Origin: Candidatus Nealsonbacteria bacterium | Lineage (GTDB): Bacteria > Patescibacteriota > Minisyncoccia > Minisyncoccales > PWPS01 | Reading direction: 5' to 3' | Assembly: GCA_003555075.1 (NCBI GenBank) | Contig: PWHW01000005.1 | Coordinates: forward strand, 1-52,998 | Length of the DNA: 52,998 nt | Part shown: piece after piece, positions 1-8,303 of the stretch | How the letters are laid out: each line of letters opens with the position of its first letter | Position numbering within the stretch: the stretch's first letter is position 1 | Notes under the pieces: generated by a model | Seen by the model: the letters and a program-made list of their open reading frames with translations, nothing else | The model's database searches: none | What the model was told of the DNA's origin: nothing | Program-made: the position numbers and the translations under genes

Positions 1-1
1 C

Positions 2-952
2 AATCTCAGAAATCGCAACCTTTCTCCCGATACGAGCTACACCTTTGAGCTCAGGGACGAAAGCAAGCTTATTGACACCGCCACCTGCAGAACCGACAAG
101 AAACCCGTGCCTGATGAGCCTTGGGGATATCTGGAATGTGGAAGAGTTACCAAGAACTCTATTGAAATAATATACGAGGGAAGAAATGTTACCAACGCAT
201 CACTTTTTAGGAGTAGTAATAGATTGGAAGTTATAGGATCGGGAAATATTTACGGAAAATATACCGATGACGGTCTTTCTCCTGATACCAGTTACACTTA
301 TTATTTGCGTAACGGAAGATCCGCTTCTTCTGAAAGACTTGCAAAGGTCGTGTGCAGAACACTTCCGGAAGATGTAAGGGATATCAGGGTTATAAAAAGA
401 GTGAAGAATGTAGATAGAAAGACGGGATTTTCCGATGTTACCGAAGCTTCTCCAAATGATCTCTTATCGTATTCCATTAAGGTTTATGCAGAGAAAGAAA
501 GATTGAGAAATGTTATGGTAAAGGACGAGCTTCCGAAGAAGATTCACTATGAAGGAAACCTGAAAGTTGACGGAGAAACTTTTTCCGGAGATATAAAAGA
601 AGGCATAAATATTGGAAGTATTTCTGCCGGAGACCATAAGATGGTAACGTTTGACGCAAGAGTGGCTCCCAAGGAAGAATTTCTAATTGGAAAAACCTCT
701 CTTACCAATGTTTCCACGGCTTACACCCATAAGCTCTCGGATAGTGATTCTGCCACGGTGGATGTGGAACGAGAAAGGAAAGATGTTCCCACCGAAGTTC
801 CTACCGGAATCACGGGAAATACCTTCTTTGACTATTTCTTGATACCCCTCTTTCTAGCCTTGTTAACCATTTTCCTCTTTAGAAAACACATTATTGCTTT
901 TGTGGGAAGGGTTGAAGAGACAAGGCAGGAAATGATAGAAGAGTCGATCTAA
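2..952 (+). CDS. 5'-truncated cell-surface protein: FN3-like repeats, DUF11-like domain, C-terminal membrane anchor
   Basis: The frame is open from position 2 (NLRNRNLSPDTSYTFELRD...). The LSPDTSYT...CRT motif occurs twice, followed by a DUF11-like segment (ASPNDLLSYSIKV...VKDELP) and PTEVPTG + TM helix + RKH. Confidence 0.7.
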   Translation, partial: NLRNRNLSPDTSYTFELRDESKLIDTATCRTDKKPVPDEPWGYLECGRVTKNSIEIIYEGRNVTNASLFRSSNRLEVIGSGNIYGKYTDDGLSPDTSYTYYLRNGRSASSERLAKVVCRTLPEDVRDIRVIKRVKNVDRKTGFSDVTEASPNDLLSYSIKVYAEKERLRNVMVKDELPKKIHYEGNLKVDGETFSGDIKEGINIGSISAGDHKMVTFDARVAPKEEFLIGKTSLTNVSTAYTHKLSDSDSATVDVERERKDVPTEVPTGITGNTFFDYFLIPLFLALLTIFLFRKHIIAFVGRVEETRQEMIEESI

Positions 953-967
953 AAAAGAGAGAACAAG

Positions 968-994
968 AATCGCCCGACAAAAAGGGCGATTTTT
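968..994 (+). terminator. Intrinsic terminator
   Basis: AATCGCCC-GACAAAAA-GGGCGATT hairpin followed by a T-run, just after the stop at 952. Confidence 0.7.
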
Positions 995-1010
995 GTTATA
1001 ATACAATATA

Positions 1011-1787
1011 ATGAAAGATATGGTAAAAGAAAAAGTTTTTCCGGTCTATAAGCCGGCGGGTCTTTCTCCTTATGAGACCATCAAGAGGTTAAAAGAAAAA
1101 TACTCCTTTCTTGAAGAGAGAAAAATGGCATATGCGGGAAAACTTGACCCTCTTGCAGAGGGTGTCCTCTTGCTTGTCATGGATGAGGAGCTAAAAAAGA
1201 TGCAAAATTATTTGAATCTTTCCAAAAAATACGAGGCAACGGTCATTTTCGGTTTTTCTTCCGACAGTTATGATATTATGGGAATTCCCGAAAAAAGATC
1301 TCTTGCGGTGGATCGCGAAGAAGTAAAAAAAGTATTGAAAGGGTTTGAGGGCGACTTTGCTTTTTCATTACCTCCATTCTCCAGTTATGAGATAAACAAA
1401 AAACCTCTTTTTCGGTGGGCTCTTGAGGGAAATCTTGACAAGATAGATCTTCCCCGTAGAATAACTCGTGTTCACTCTTTGAAAATTTTGGGGGAAAACG
1501 AGATCACCAAGCGAGAACTCAAAGAAGAGATAGTAAAAAGGGTGAGCAAGGTAAAAGGTAGTTTTCGTCAAAAAAAGATCTTAAGAGGTTGGAATGAGAT
1601 TCTAAATGACGACGAAAAAAAAGAGAACGTTTTTCTTTTGAAATTTAACATTCATTGTGATAGCGGATGCTATGTAAGAAGTATAGCTCATGAGGCAGGA
1701 AAAGCACTTAAGACGGGAGGAGTGCTATTTCATCTTAAACGTACCGCCGTGGGAGAATATGAATCATCCAGAGCTCTCTTTTTATGA
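1011..1787 (+). CDS. truB: tRNA pseudouridine synthase B (short, no PUA domain)
   Basis: YKPAG, AGKLDPLAEGVL (catalytic Asp), K.Y, CDSGCYVRS and L.RT..G motifs. Confidence 0.85.
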   Translation: MKDMVKEKVFPVYKPAGLSPYETIKRLKEKYSFLEERKMAYAGKLDPLAEGVLLLVMDEELKKMQNYLNLSKKYEATVIFGFSSDSYDIMGIPEKRSLAVDREEVKKVLKGFEGDFAFSLPPFSSYEINKKPLFRWALEGNLDKIDLPRRITRVHSLKILGENEITKRELKEEIVKRVSKVKGSFRQKKILRGWNEILNDDEKKENVFLLKFNIHCDSGCYVRSIAHEAGKALKTGGVLFHLKRTAVGEYESSRALFL

Positions 1788-1854
1788 TCATCATTGATAA
1801 AAATAAGAAAAAATAGCATAATTACTGTTAATCCTTTATATTCATTCTAAGCAA

Positions 1855-2745
1855 ATGTGTTCCAAAAAGTTAGCAACAGGAATTTTGTTCGTTCTTCTGT
1901 TATTCTTGTTTTTTCTTTTACTCTTATTTCCTTCTTTCAAAGATGTGCTTGAAGGAGGGATAATCACTCTTTCTCCTTCTTTTCAAGAAGAACAGGACAA
2001 GGAAGAAGAAAAAGAGAAGGAGGTTGAAGAAAGAGAGGGAGTGTTTTCGCCGGGACCTCTCGTTAAAGAAGATAATGCTATTGTTGATGGCCTCCTTACC
2101 GAAAGAGGAATAATGCGTGAGACCAATAATCATCGCGAGAATGATGGATTAGCTCCTCTAAAAAAAGATGATGAACTTGATGAGGTTGCAAGAATAAAGC
2201 TGGATAACATGATAGACAAGGGATATTTTGCTCACATATCTCCTTCTGGCAAAGGTGTGGCCGATATAGCGGAGGAGGTGGGTTATGATTATCTTATCAT
2301 TGGTGATAATTTGGCAAGAGGGAATTATAAGGATGATGAGGATGTAGTGAGTGCTTGGATGGAAAGCCCAGGGCACAAGGAGAATATTATGGATGAAAGA
2401 TACGAAGATATAGGCATAGCGGTAAAGAAAGAACCGTATGAAGGGCGAGGAATATGGATGGCGGTACAAGTTTTTGGAATGCCGGTTTCAGCCTGTCCGG
2501 AGGTTAATAAATCTCTTCTTGAGAGGGTTGAAGAAAAAAAAGAAGAAGCAGAAGACCTCAAGATGGAAAAAGAGTCCTTGAAAAAGGAAATCGAAGAAAT
2601 GGAAAGGGGTGAAGCGTATGTCAATAAAGTCGAAGAGTACAATGATCTTGTAGATGCCTATAATTCTCTAGTGGATTCTCTTGATTCTTTGATAGGGGAG
2701 TATAATCATCAAGTAAAATTAAGAGAGGAGTGTATAAATAAATAA
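1855..2745 (+). CDS. Membrane-anchored CAP/SCP domain protein with C-terminal coiled coil
   Basis: N-terminal TM helix; TN.HR...GL.PL, GYFAH, WMESPGHKENI and IGIAV motifs. Confidence 0.85.
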   Translation: MCSKKLATGILFVLLLFLFFLLLLFPSFKDVLEGGIITLSPSFQEEQDKEEEKEKEVEEREGVFSPGPLVKEDNAIVDGLLTERGIMRETNNHRENDGLAPLKKDDELDEVARIKLDNMIDKGYFAHISPSGKGVADIAEEVGYDYLIIGDNLARGNYKDDEDVVSAWMESPGHKENIMDERYEDIGIAVKKEPYEGRGIWMAVQVFGMPVSACPEVNKSLLERVEEKKEEAEDLKMEKESLKKEIEEMERGEAYVNKVEEYNDLVDAYNSLVDSLDSLIGEYNHQVKLREECINK

Positions 2746-3300
2746 ATGGACCCTGTAAAGTTAATAGAAAAATACTACAAAAAGAATGGGGCGGCTTATC
2801 GTTATCTAAAGGAGCATAATGAGAGCGTAGCGAAGAAAGCTCTTGAGATAGTAAAGAACATGAACGATCCTTCGGTTGTTGACATAACCTTCATCAAAGA
2901 GGCGGCGCTTTTGCATGATATTGGAGTTAGATTCACTCATGCTCCTCATATAGGATGCTTTGGAAAAGATTCATATATTATGCATGGAGTGATTGGAAGA
3001 AAGATACTGGAAAAGGAGGGGTTCAAGGAGCATGCCTTGGTTTGTGAAAGGCATATAGGAGTGGGAATCACGGCAAAAGAGGTAAGGGAAAACGATCTTC
3101 CTTTACCTGAACGGGACATGGTGCCACTGACAAAAGAAGAGGAGATAGTTTCGCTTGCCGATAATTTTTTCAGCAAATCAAATAGCGATCTTTCTCGCGA
3201 GGAAAGCATTGAAGAGATGGAACAAGAAGCAAAGAAGTACGGAGAGGAGAAATTAAAAAAATTAAGGGAATGGATGAGTAAATATAATATTCTAGCTTAG
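2746..3300 (+). CDS. HD (HDIG) domain metal-dependent phosphohydrolase
   Basis: H...VA, LLHDIG, HG, ERH and ADNFFSK motifs. Confidence 0.85.
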   Translation: MDPVKLIEKYYKKNGAAYRYLKEHNESVAKKALEIVKNMNDPSVVDITFIKEAALLHDIGVRFTHAPHIGCFGKDSYIMHGVIGRKILEKEGFKEHALVCERHIGVGITAKEVRENDLPLPERDMVPLTKEEEIVSLADNFFSKSNSDLSREESIEEMEQEAKKYGEEKLKKLREWMSKYNILA

Positions 3301-3311
3301 AAAGAGTAATT

Positions 3312-3707
3312 ATGAACATGGAAGAATTTGAGAAATTAGTGGAAGAGGCGATAGAAGAGCTTCCCAAAGAGGTGAAAGAGAGAATGGAGAACGTAGCTAT
3401 TTGTGTAGAGAAAAGACCAACGGGCATTATCAACAAAGATGAAGGCTTTTGGGAAAAGAGAAGCTTGCTTGGTCTTTATGAGGGCGTTCCGCAAGGTGTG
3501 TGGGGTAGGGGTTTTGGAGACCATCTTCCCGATAAGATAACGATCTTTAAGGAGCCTATAGAAAGAGTTTCAAAGAGTAGCGAGGAAGTAAAAGAAACGA
3601 TAAAGAAGACCGTATATCACGAGATTGCTCATCATTTCGGATTTGACGAAAGTGAGGCGAGAAAAATTGAAGAAGTTTTTTATGGGAAAAATAGAAATAA
3701 TCAGTAG
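3312..3707 (+). CDS. Minimal zincin-like metallopeptidase (Zincin_1/DUF1025 type)
   Basis: LLGLYEGVP, LPDKITIF and HEIAHHFG motifs. Confidence 0.85.
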   Translation: MNMEEFEKLVEEAIEELPKEVKERMENVAICVEKRPTGIINKDEGFWEKRSLLGLYEGVPQGVWGRGFGDHLPDKITIFKEPIERVSKSSEEVKETIKKTVYHEIAHHFGFDESEARKIEEVFYGKNRNNQ

Positions 3708-4107
3708 GGCGGTCATTATAAAAGAGGGGAGTATTTTGGTTTGTCGGGATAAGGCCAATAAGAACTATTTTTTACCGGGGGGACATATGGAATTTGGCGA
3801 ATTCTCTGCAGACACCCTTTCACGTGAACTTAAAGAGGAGCTTTCGTTGAGGACAAGTGACGCTGAGCTTATAGGTATTGCGGAGAATAAGTATTTTGCA
3901 CGAGGAAAATGCCATCAAGAAATAAATTTGGTATACAAGGTGGATTACAAGGACTTACGCATTGAGAGTAAGGAAGATCATATAGAGTTCACACTTTTTA
4001 GCAAAAAAGAGTTTCAGAAAAACGATATTAGGCCCCGAGACTTGAAGGAGGCGGTGCTATCATGGCAAAATAATAGAAAGTTTTTTCATATAATTACAGT
4101 GGATTGA
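3682..4107 (+). CDS. NUDIX hydrolase
   Basis: Nudix box LPGGHMEFGE...LSRELKEE; start re-assigned to the ATG at 3682. Confidence 0.85.
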   Translation: MGKIEIISRAVIIKEGSILVCRDKANKNYFLPGGHMEFGEFSADTLSRELKEELSLRTSDAELIGIAENKYFARGKCHQEINLVYKVDYKDLRIESKEDHIEFTLFSKKEFQKNDIRPRDLKEAVLSWQNNRKFFHIITVD

Positions 4108-4289
4108 TGCAATTCAAATTAAAATGGTGGCAACTTTTATGCTATGAAACGGCAGTTATTTCGCTTGGAATTATTATTGGAGCCTTTTGGAGTGATTTCT
4201 TTTCCGATTATCTTTATCTTCTTATTTTTGTTTTTGCTGTTTTCGGAGCATATATTCTATATCTTCTTACACAGCAAATAGGGCCGTGA
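4107..4289 (+). CDS. Small two-TM membrane protein
   Basis: ATG overlaps the upstream stop (TGATG); two hydrophobic helices. Confidence 0.6.
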   Translation: MQFKLKWWQLLCYETAVISLGIIIGAFWSDFFSDYLYLLIFVFAVFGAYILYLLTQQIGP

Positions 4290-4301
4290 AAATCAATTTA
4301 T

Positions 4302-5075
4302 ATGAGCCAATATTACAGAGGAAAAAGGGGTAAAAATATATACAATCCAGAAAGCAATGAACCCTTTAAGCTTAGCAGGTCTAAAATAGACATGTTTTTG
4401 AATTGTCCCTGTTGTTTTTATATTGACAGGAGATTAGGGGTAGATACTCCCCCGGGATTTCCCTTTGCCATTAATTCTGCTGTTGACAAGCTTTTGAAGC
4501 AAGAATTCGATATTCATAGAGCAAGAAAGACAAGGCACCCGCTTCTTGAGAAATATGGAGTGGACGCGATTCCTGCAAAGAGAGAAGAGTTGGAAGAGTG
4601 GAGGGAGAACTTCAAGGGGGTACGATACCATCATAAACCGACCAATCTCGTTGTGACCGGAGCTATAGACGATCTTTGGATCAATAAGGAAGGAGAGTAT
4701 ATTGTGGTAGATTACAAGGCTACCAGTAAGGATGAGGATATTACGGAATTGAACAAGGATTGGCAAGATTCTTATAAATGGCAAATGGAAGTTTATCAAT
4801 GGCTTTTGCGATGCAACGGCCTGCCGGTCTCAAACACGGGATATTTTGTTTATTGCAACGGGCGTACCGACGTGGAAGCATTTGATGGAAAGATCGAGTT
4901 TGATATTACTCTTATTCCTCATAAAGGAAGTGATCATTGGGTAGAAGAAACTCTTTATAAGATAAAGGATACCTTGGACGAAGAAGCGCTTCCGGAGAGC
5001 TCTCCCGATTGCGATTTTTGTCTTTATAGGAAAGAGGTTGATGATGTTCTAAGGGAAAAAGGGTATATCATTTGA
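4302..5075 (+). CDS. PD-(D/E)XK nuclease family protein (RecB/Cas4-like, stand-alone)
   Basis: LSRSKID..LNCP, GAIDDLW, VVDYKAT, WQMEVYQ and C-terminal CDFC motifs. Confidence 0.8.
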   Translation: MSQYYRGKRGKNIYNPESNEPFKLSRSKIDMFLNCPCCFYIDRRLGVDTPPGFPFAINSAVDKLLKQEFDIHRARKTRHPLLEKYGVDAIPAKREELEEWRENFKGVRYHHKPTNLVVTGAIDDLWINKEGEYIVVDYKATSKDEDITELNKDWQDSYKWQMEVYQWLLRCNGLPVSNTGYFVYCNGRTDVEAFDGKIEFDITLIPHKGSDHWVEETLYKIKDTLDEEALPESSPDCDFCLYRKEVDDVLREKGYII

Positions 5076-5128
5076 CTTTTAGCTCCTTTTTGATAGAATG
5101 CTCGTGTTAAAATTAATTTTAAAGAATT

Positions 5129-5521
5129 ATGAAAGGATACATAGCAGATATTGAAAAACAAACAAAGAAGAATGATAATTTTCGCAAGGTTCTCTATACT
5201 GCGAAGAATAGCCAACTTGTGGTAATGAGCATTCTTCCAAGAGAAGAAATAGGAGAAGAAGTGCACGACCTTGATCAATTTATTCGTGTGGAGAAGGGAA
5301 AAGGAAAGATGTTGCTCAATGAAGTGGAATATGAGGTGGAAGATGATTACGGAATTGTAGTTCCCGCAGGTGTTAAGCACAATTTGATAAATACGGGAGA
5401 TGAGCCACTTAAGATCTATACGATCTATTCTCCTCCCGAGCACAAGGATGGAGTTGTGCATGCAACAAGAGAAGAGGCTATGGATGACGAAGAGCATTTT
5501 GATGGGAGAACAACCGAATAA
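5129..5521 (+). CDS. Cupin domain protein
   Basis: IGEEVH..DQF..VE.G and VPAGVKHN motifs, plus YSPPEH. Confidence 0.85.
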   Translation: MKGYIADIEKQTKKNDNFRKVLYTAKNSQLVVMSILPREEIGEEVHDLDQFIRVEKGKGKMLLNEVEYEVEDDYGIVVPAGVKHNLINTGDEPLKIYTIYSPPEHKDGVVHATREEAMDDEEHFDGRTTE

Positions 5522-5625
5522 AGATCCTATTTTAAACCCTTGTTTTTAGAAAAATAAGTGATATAATAATAAACCGTCTATCATAATAGCTTTTCCGGGG
5601 GTTCAATTTTATTTAGGAGGGATTC

Positions 5626-6075
5626 TTGTTGGGTAAAAAGAGAGGAGAAGTTGATTCTTTTAGTACTTTTGAAAAAGAAAGGGAGTTGGAGGAGAAAATA
5701 AGAGAGCAAAAGGAGGAAAAGGCGAAAGTCTACAGAACCAATGCTTGCAAGTCCGAGGCAAGAATTCAAGCTATTCCCATTGAAGGAAACATAAGGTTTT
5801 TGGAAGAACAACTTTCTAACCTTAGAAGCAAAGGAGGAAATAGGTCGTATTGTAAGGCAAAGTGCTTAATCGAATATTCTGATGGCGAGGAAGAAGTAAT
5901 CACGGTAACGATCAAGGATTATGCAGGAAGCTTGGATAGGGATCATATGGTCCTGGGAAAAGAGTCGCCCTTAGGGGAGACTATAATAAAAGGAAAGGAA
6001 GGAGAGAGAAGACAGTTTAGTGCTGGGAATGGGAGAAATTCGGTATACATCATGGAGAAGGTAGATTACAACTAA
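5626..6075 (+). CDS. Divergent GreA/GreB-family protein
   Basis: N-terminal coiled coil; C-terminal ESPLGETIIKGKEGE resembles the Gre C-domain motif SPLG..L.GK..GD; AGGAGG upstream. Confidence 0.6.
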   Translation: MLGKKRGEVDSFSTFEKERELEEKIREQKEEKAKVYRTNACKSEARIQAIPIEGNIRFLEEQLSNLRSKGGNRSYCKAKCLIEYSDGEEEVITVTIKDYAGSLDRDHMVLGKESPLGETIIKGKEGERRQFSAGNGRNSVYIMEKVDYN

Positions 6076-6116
6076 AAATACTTAGACGGTAAGGGAACCT
6101 CCGGGAAAGCCCCTAC

Positions 6117-6143
6117 AAAGGAGAGCTCAGCTCTCCTTTATTT
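6117..6143 (+). terminator. Intrinsic terminator
   Basis: AAAGGAGAGC-TCA-GCTCTCCTTT perfect inverted repeat. Confidence 0.65.
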
Positions 6144-6173
6144 ATGGATTTCCACATTGCATGCTTATTGTTG

Positions 6174-6203
6174 TTGACAGACAACCTCTTTTTATGTCAG
6201 TAT
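6174..6203 (+). promoter_or_regulatory. sigma70 promoter of rnpB
   Basis: TTGACA (6174-6179) ... TGT-CAGTAT, about 7 nt upstream of the RNA 5' end. Confidence 0.55.
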
Positions 6204-6210
6204 ATAAATT

Positions 6211-6600
6211 GCTCAAGCAGGCGAGGCAATCGCTTCTTCGGCAGAGTTCCGAAGGGGAGGAAAGTCCGAACACCTCCCTTGAAATTGTTGAAGGGAAGCA
6301 GGGTAGCGGGTAACTCCCGTCCGCCGCAAGGCGAGGGGTGCGAGCAGAGACGGCTGTTCTTGCAAGAGAACAGCAACCCTTAAACCTTATAAAAGGTTTA
6401 CGGGTGAGTCTTCGTATAAGCTCAGCACGATCTCTCGATCGAATTGAGTGAAGCGAAGGGGGAAACGGCTAAATCCCTACCTGGGTGCAAGGGCAAATTT
6501 TGGTGGCCCGCTAGACTCTTTGAGCGATCAAAGAGCAAGATAAATGATTGCCGCCCTCTAAATAGAGGGTAACAGAATTCGGCTTATGTCCTGCTTGAGC
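6211..6600 (+). ncRNA. rnpB: RNase P RNA
   Basis: P1 GCTCAAGCAGG/CCTGCTTGAGC, GAGGAAAGTCC (P4 5'), AACAGAATTCGGCTTA (P4 3'), P2 GGCAATC/GATTGCC. Confidence 0.95.
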
Positions 6601-6630
6601 TTTTTTGTATTTTTCAATTGTTGATGTGAG

Positions 6631-8292
6631 ATGATCAAGCGTATTATTAATTTGCGTTCCAATACGATTACCTTCTCCGCCGGGCTTATAGCATTTTCGG
6701 TAGGAATGAGTGCATTGCTCGGTCTTTTAAGGGATAGAGTTCTTATCTATTACGCAAATGAGTACCTTGACAAGTTCTATGCTCAGATCAGCGCAATAGA
6801 GATCGTTGATATTTATTTTGCTGCGTTTCGTGTACCCGATTTTATATATGGCATATTGATCACAGGAGGAATAGTGGCAGCTTTTTTGCCAGTGTTCTCT
6901 AGCACTTTTGCAAAAGACAAAGAAGAGGGGTGGAAGCTTGCAAGTAATACGCTCAATCTTCTCTTGATACTTCTTGTCTTGATTTGCGGATTACTTTTTT
7001 TGCTCAGCCCCCTTGTAGTTAGATTGGTTGCTCCGGGGTTTTCCGTTGATCAGCTTGAGTATATGACACTTCTTACAAGAATAATGCTTCTTAGCCCCAT
7101 CTTGCTAGGGGCTTCCAGTCTTTTTTCAGGAGTTTTGCAATATTTTGACCGTTTTTTGGCTTATTCTCTTGCCCCTATCCTTTACAATATAGGAATAATT
7201 TTCGGTATCATATTTCTCTCTCCTTACCTTGGAATGATGGGGCTTGCTTACGGAGTTATTCTTGGGTCATTATTTCACCTTTTCATCCAAATTCCCCCGG
7301 CCTATTTTTCCGGGTTTTCTTATAAGCCTGTATTGGATATCGGGCAGAAGGAGCTTCGTAAGATATTTTACCTTGTGTTGCCCCGTATTGTGGGACAAGC
7401 TTCTGTAAAAGTGAATATAATAGTTGTCACTGCTCTTGCATCTACGCTTGCAGCGGGAAGTGTTTCAATCTTCAATCTTTCAAACCATTTACAAGCATTT
7501 CCGGTTCGCGCGATAGGGGTCGCTTTTGCTGTAGCGGCATTTCCCGCTTTCTCTAAATCATTGGCTTTAAAGGAAAAAGATAAGTTCTTCAGAAAATTAT
7601 CTTCCGTAGTACGGCAAGTACTCTTTTTTATAATTCCTGCAAGCGTGTTATTCTTTCTTTTGCGGGCCCATATTGTACGTCTTGTTTATGGAGTTGAGGG
7701 TTTTGGATGGGCGGAAACACAGCTCACTGCTGCTTCTCTGGGAGTCTTTGCGTTCTCTTTTTTTGCTGCCACGCTTATTCATCTTTTGGTTCGTGTTTTC
7801 TTCTCCTTTCACGACACAAAGACTCCGGTTATCGCTTCACTAATAGCAATGGGGAGTAACATTGCACTTGCCTTCTTTTTTGTGTGGGCTTTGGGTTTTG
7901 ATAATTTTTTCAGGGAACTCATGGTAAGTTTCTTGAATCTTCAGGGGATATTGAATATAGAGGTAGTGGCCTTTCCTCTTGCCATCTTCTTCTCTTCCGT
8001 ATTGCATCTTTTGCTCCTTAGTCATTTCTTGCACAGGAAGCTGGGCACATTCAAGGGATTTGGGGTAAAGGAGTGCCTGAAAAGAGTCCTGTTCTCATCG
8101 TTCTTGATGGGAGCAACAATATATCTATCCCGTATCTTTATGAGCGGAATACTTCCGCTTGACACGTTTTTTACGGTATTCATACAAACAAGCGTTGCTG
8201 TTCTTTTGGGGTTGACGGTTTATCTGCTATCCTCCAAGATGCTTAATTCTCCGGAATTCTTCGAAGTAAAAAGAGCTTTTCATAAAAGATAG
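6631..8292 (+). CDS. murJ: Lipid II flippase MurJ
   Basis: LGLLRDR, DIYFAAFRVPD, AFLPVF, APILYNIGII and many TM helices. Confidence 0.92.
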   Translation: MIKRIINLRSNTITFSAGLIAFSVGMSALLGLLRDRVLIYYANEYLDKFYAQISAIEIVDIYFAAFRVPDFIYGILITGGIVAAFLPVFSSTFAKDKEEGWKLASNTLNLLLILLVLICGLLFLLSPLVVRLVAPGFSVDQLEYMTLLTRIMLLSPILLGASSLFSGVLQYFDRFLAYSLAPILYNIGIIFGIIFLSPYLGMMGLAYGVILGSLFHLFIQIPPAYFSGFSYKPVLDIGQKELRKIFYLVLPRIVGQASVKVNIIVVTALASTLAAGSVSIFNLSNHLQAFPVRAIGVAFAVAAFPAFSKSLALKEKDKFFRKLSSVVRQVLFFIIPASVLFFLLRAHIVRLVYGVEGFGWAETQLTAASLGVFAFSFFAATLIHLLVRVFFSFHDTKTPVIASLIAMGSNIALAFFFVWALGFDNFFRELMVSFLNLQGILNIEVVAFPLAIFFSSVLHLLLLSHFLHRKLGTFKGFGVKECLKRVLFSSFLMGATIYLSRIFMSGILPLDTFFTVFIQTSVAVLLGLTVYLLSSKMLNSPEFFEVKRAFHKR

Positions 8293-8303
8293 TAAAAAAG
8301 AGT

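Noticed and set aside
4302-5075. CRISPR-associated Cas4 / CRISPR system
   Set aside because: No cas1/cas2 and no repeat-spacer array anywhere in the window
6144-6383. 79-aa ORF
   Set aside because: Overlaps the RNase P RNA and its promoter; spurious
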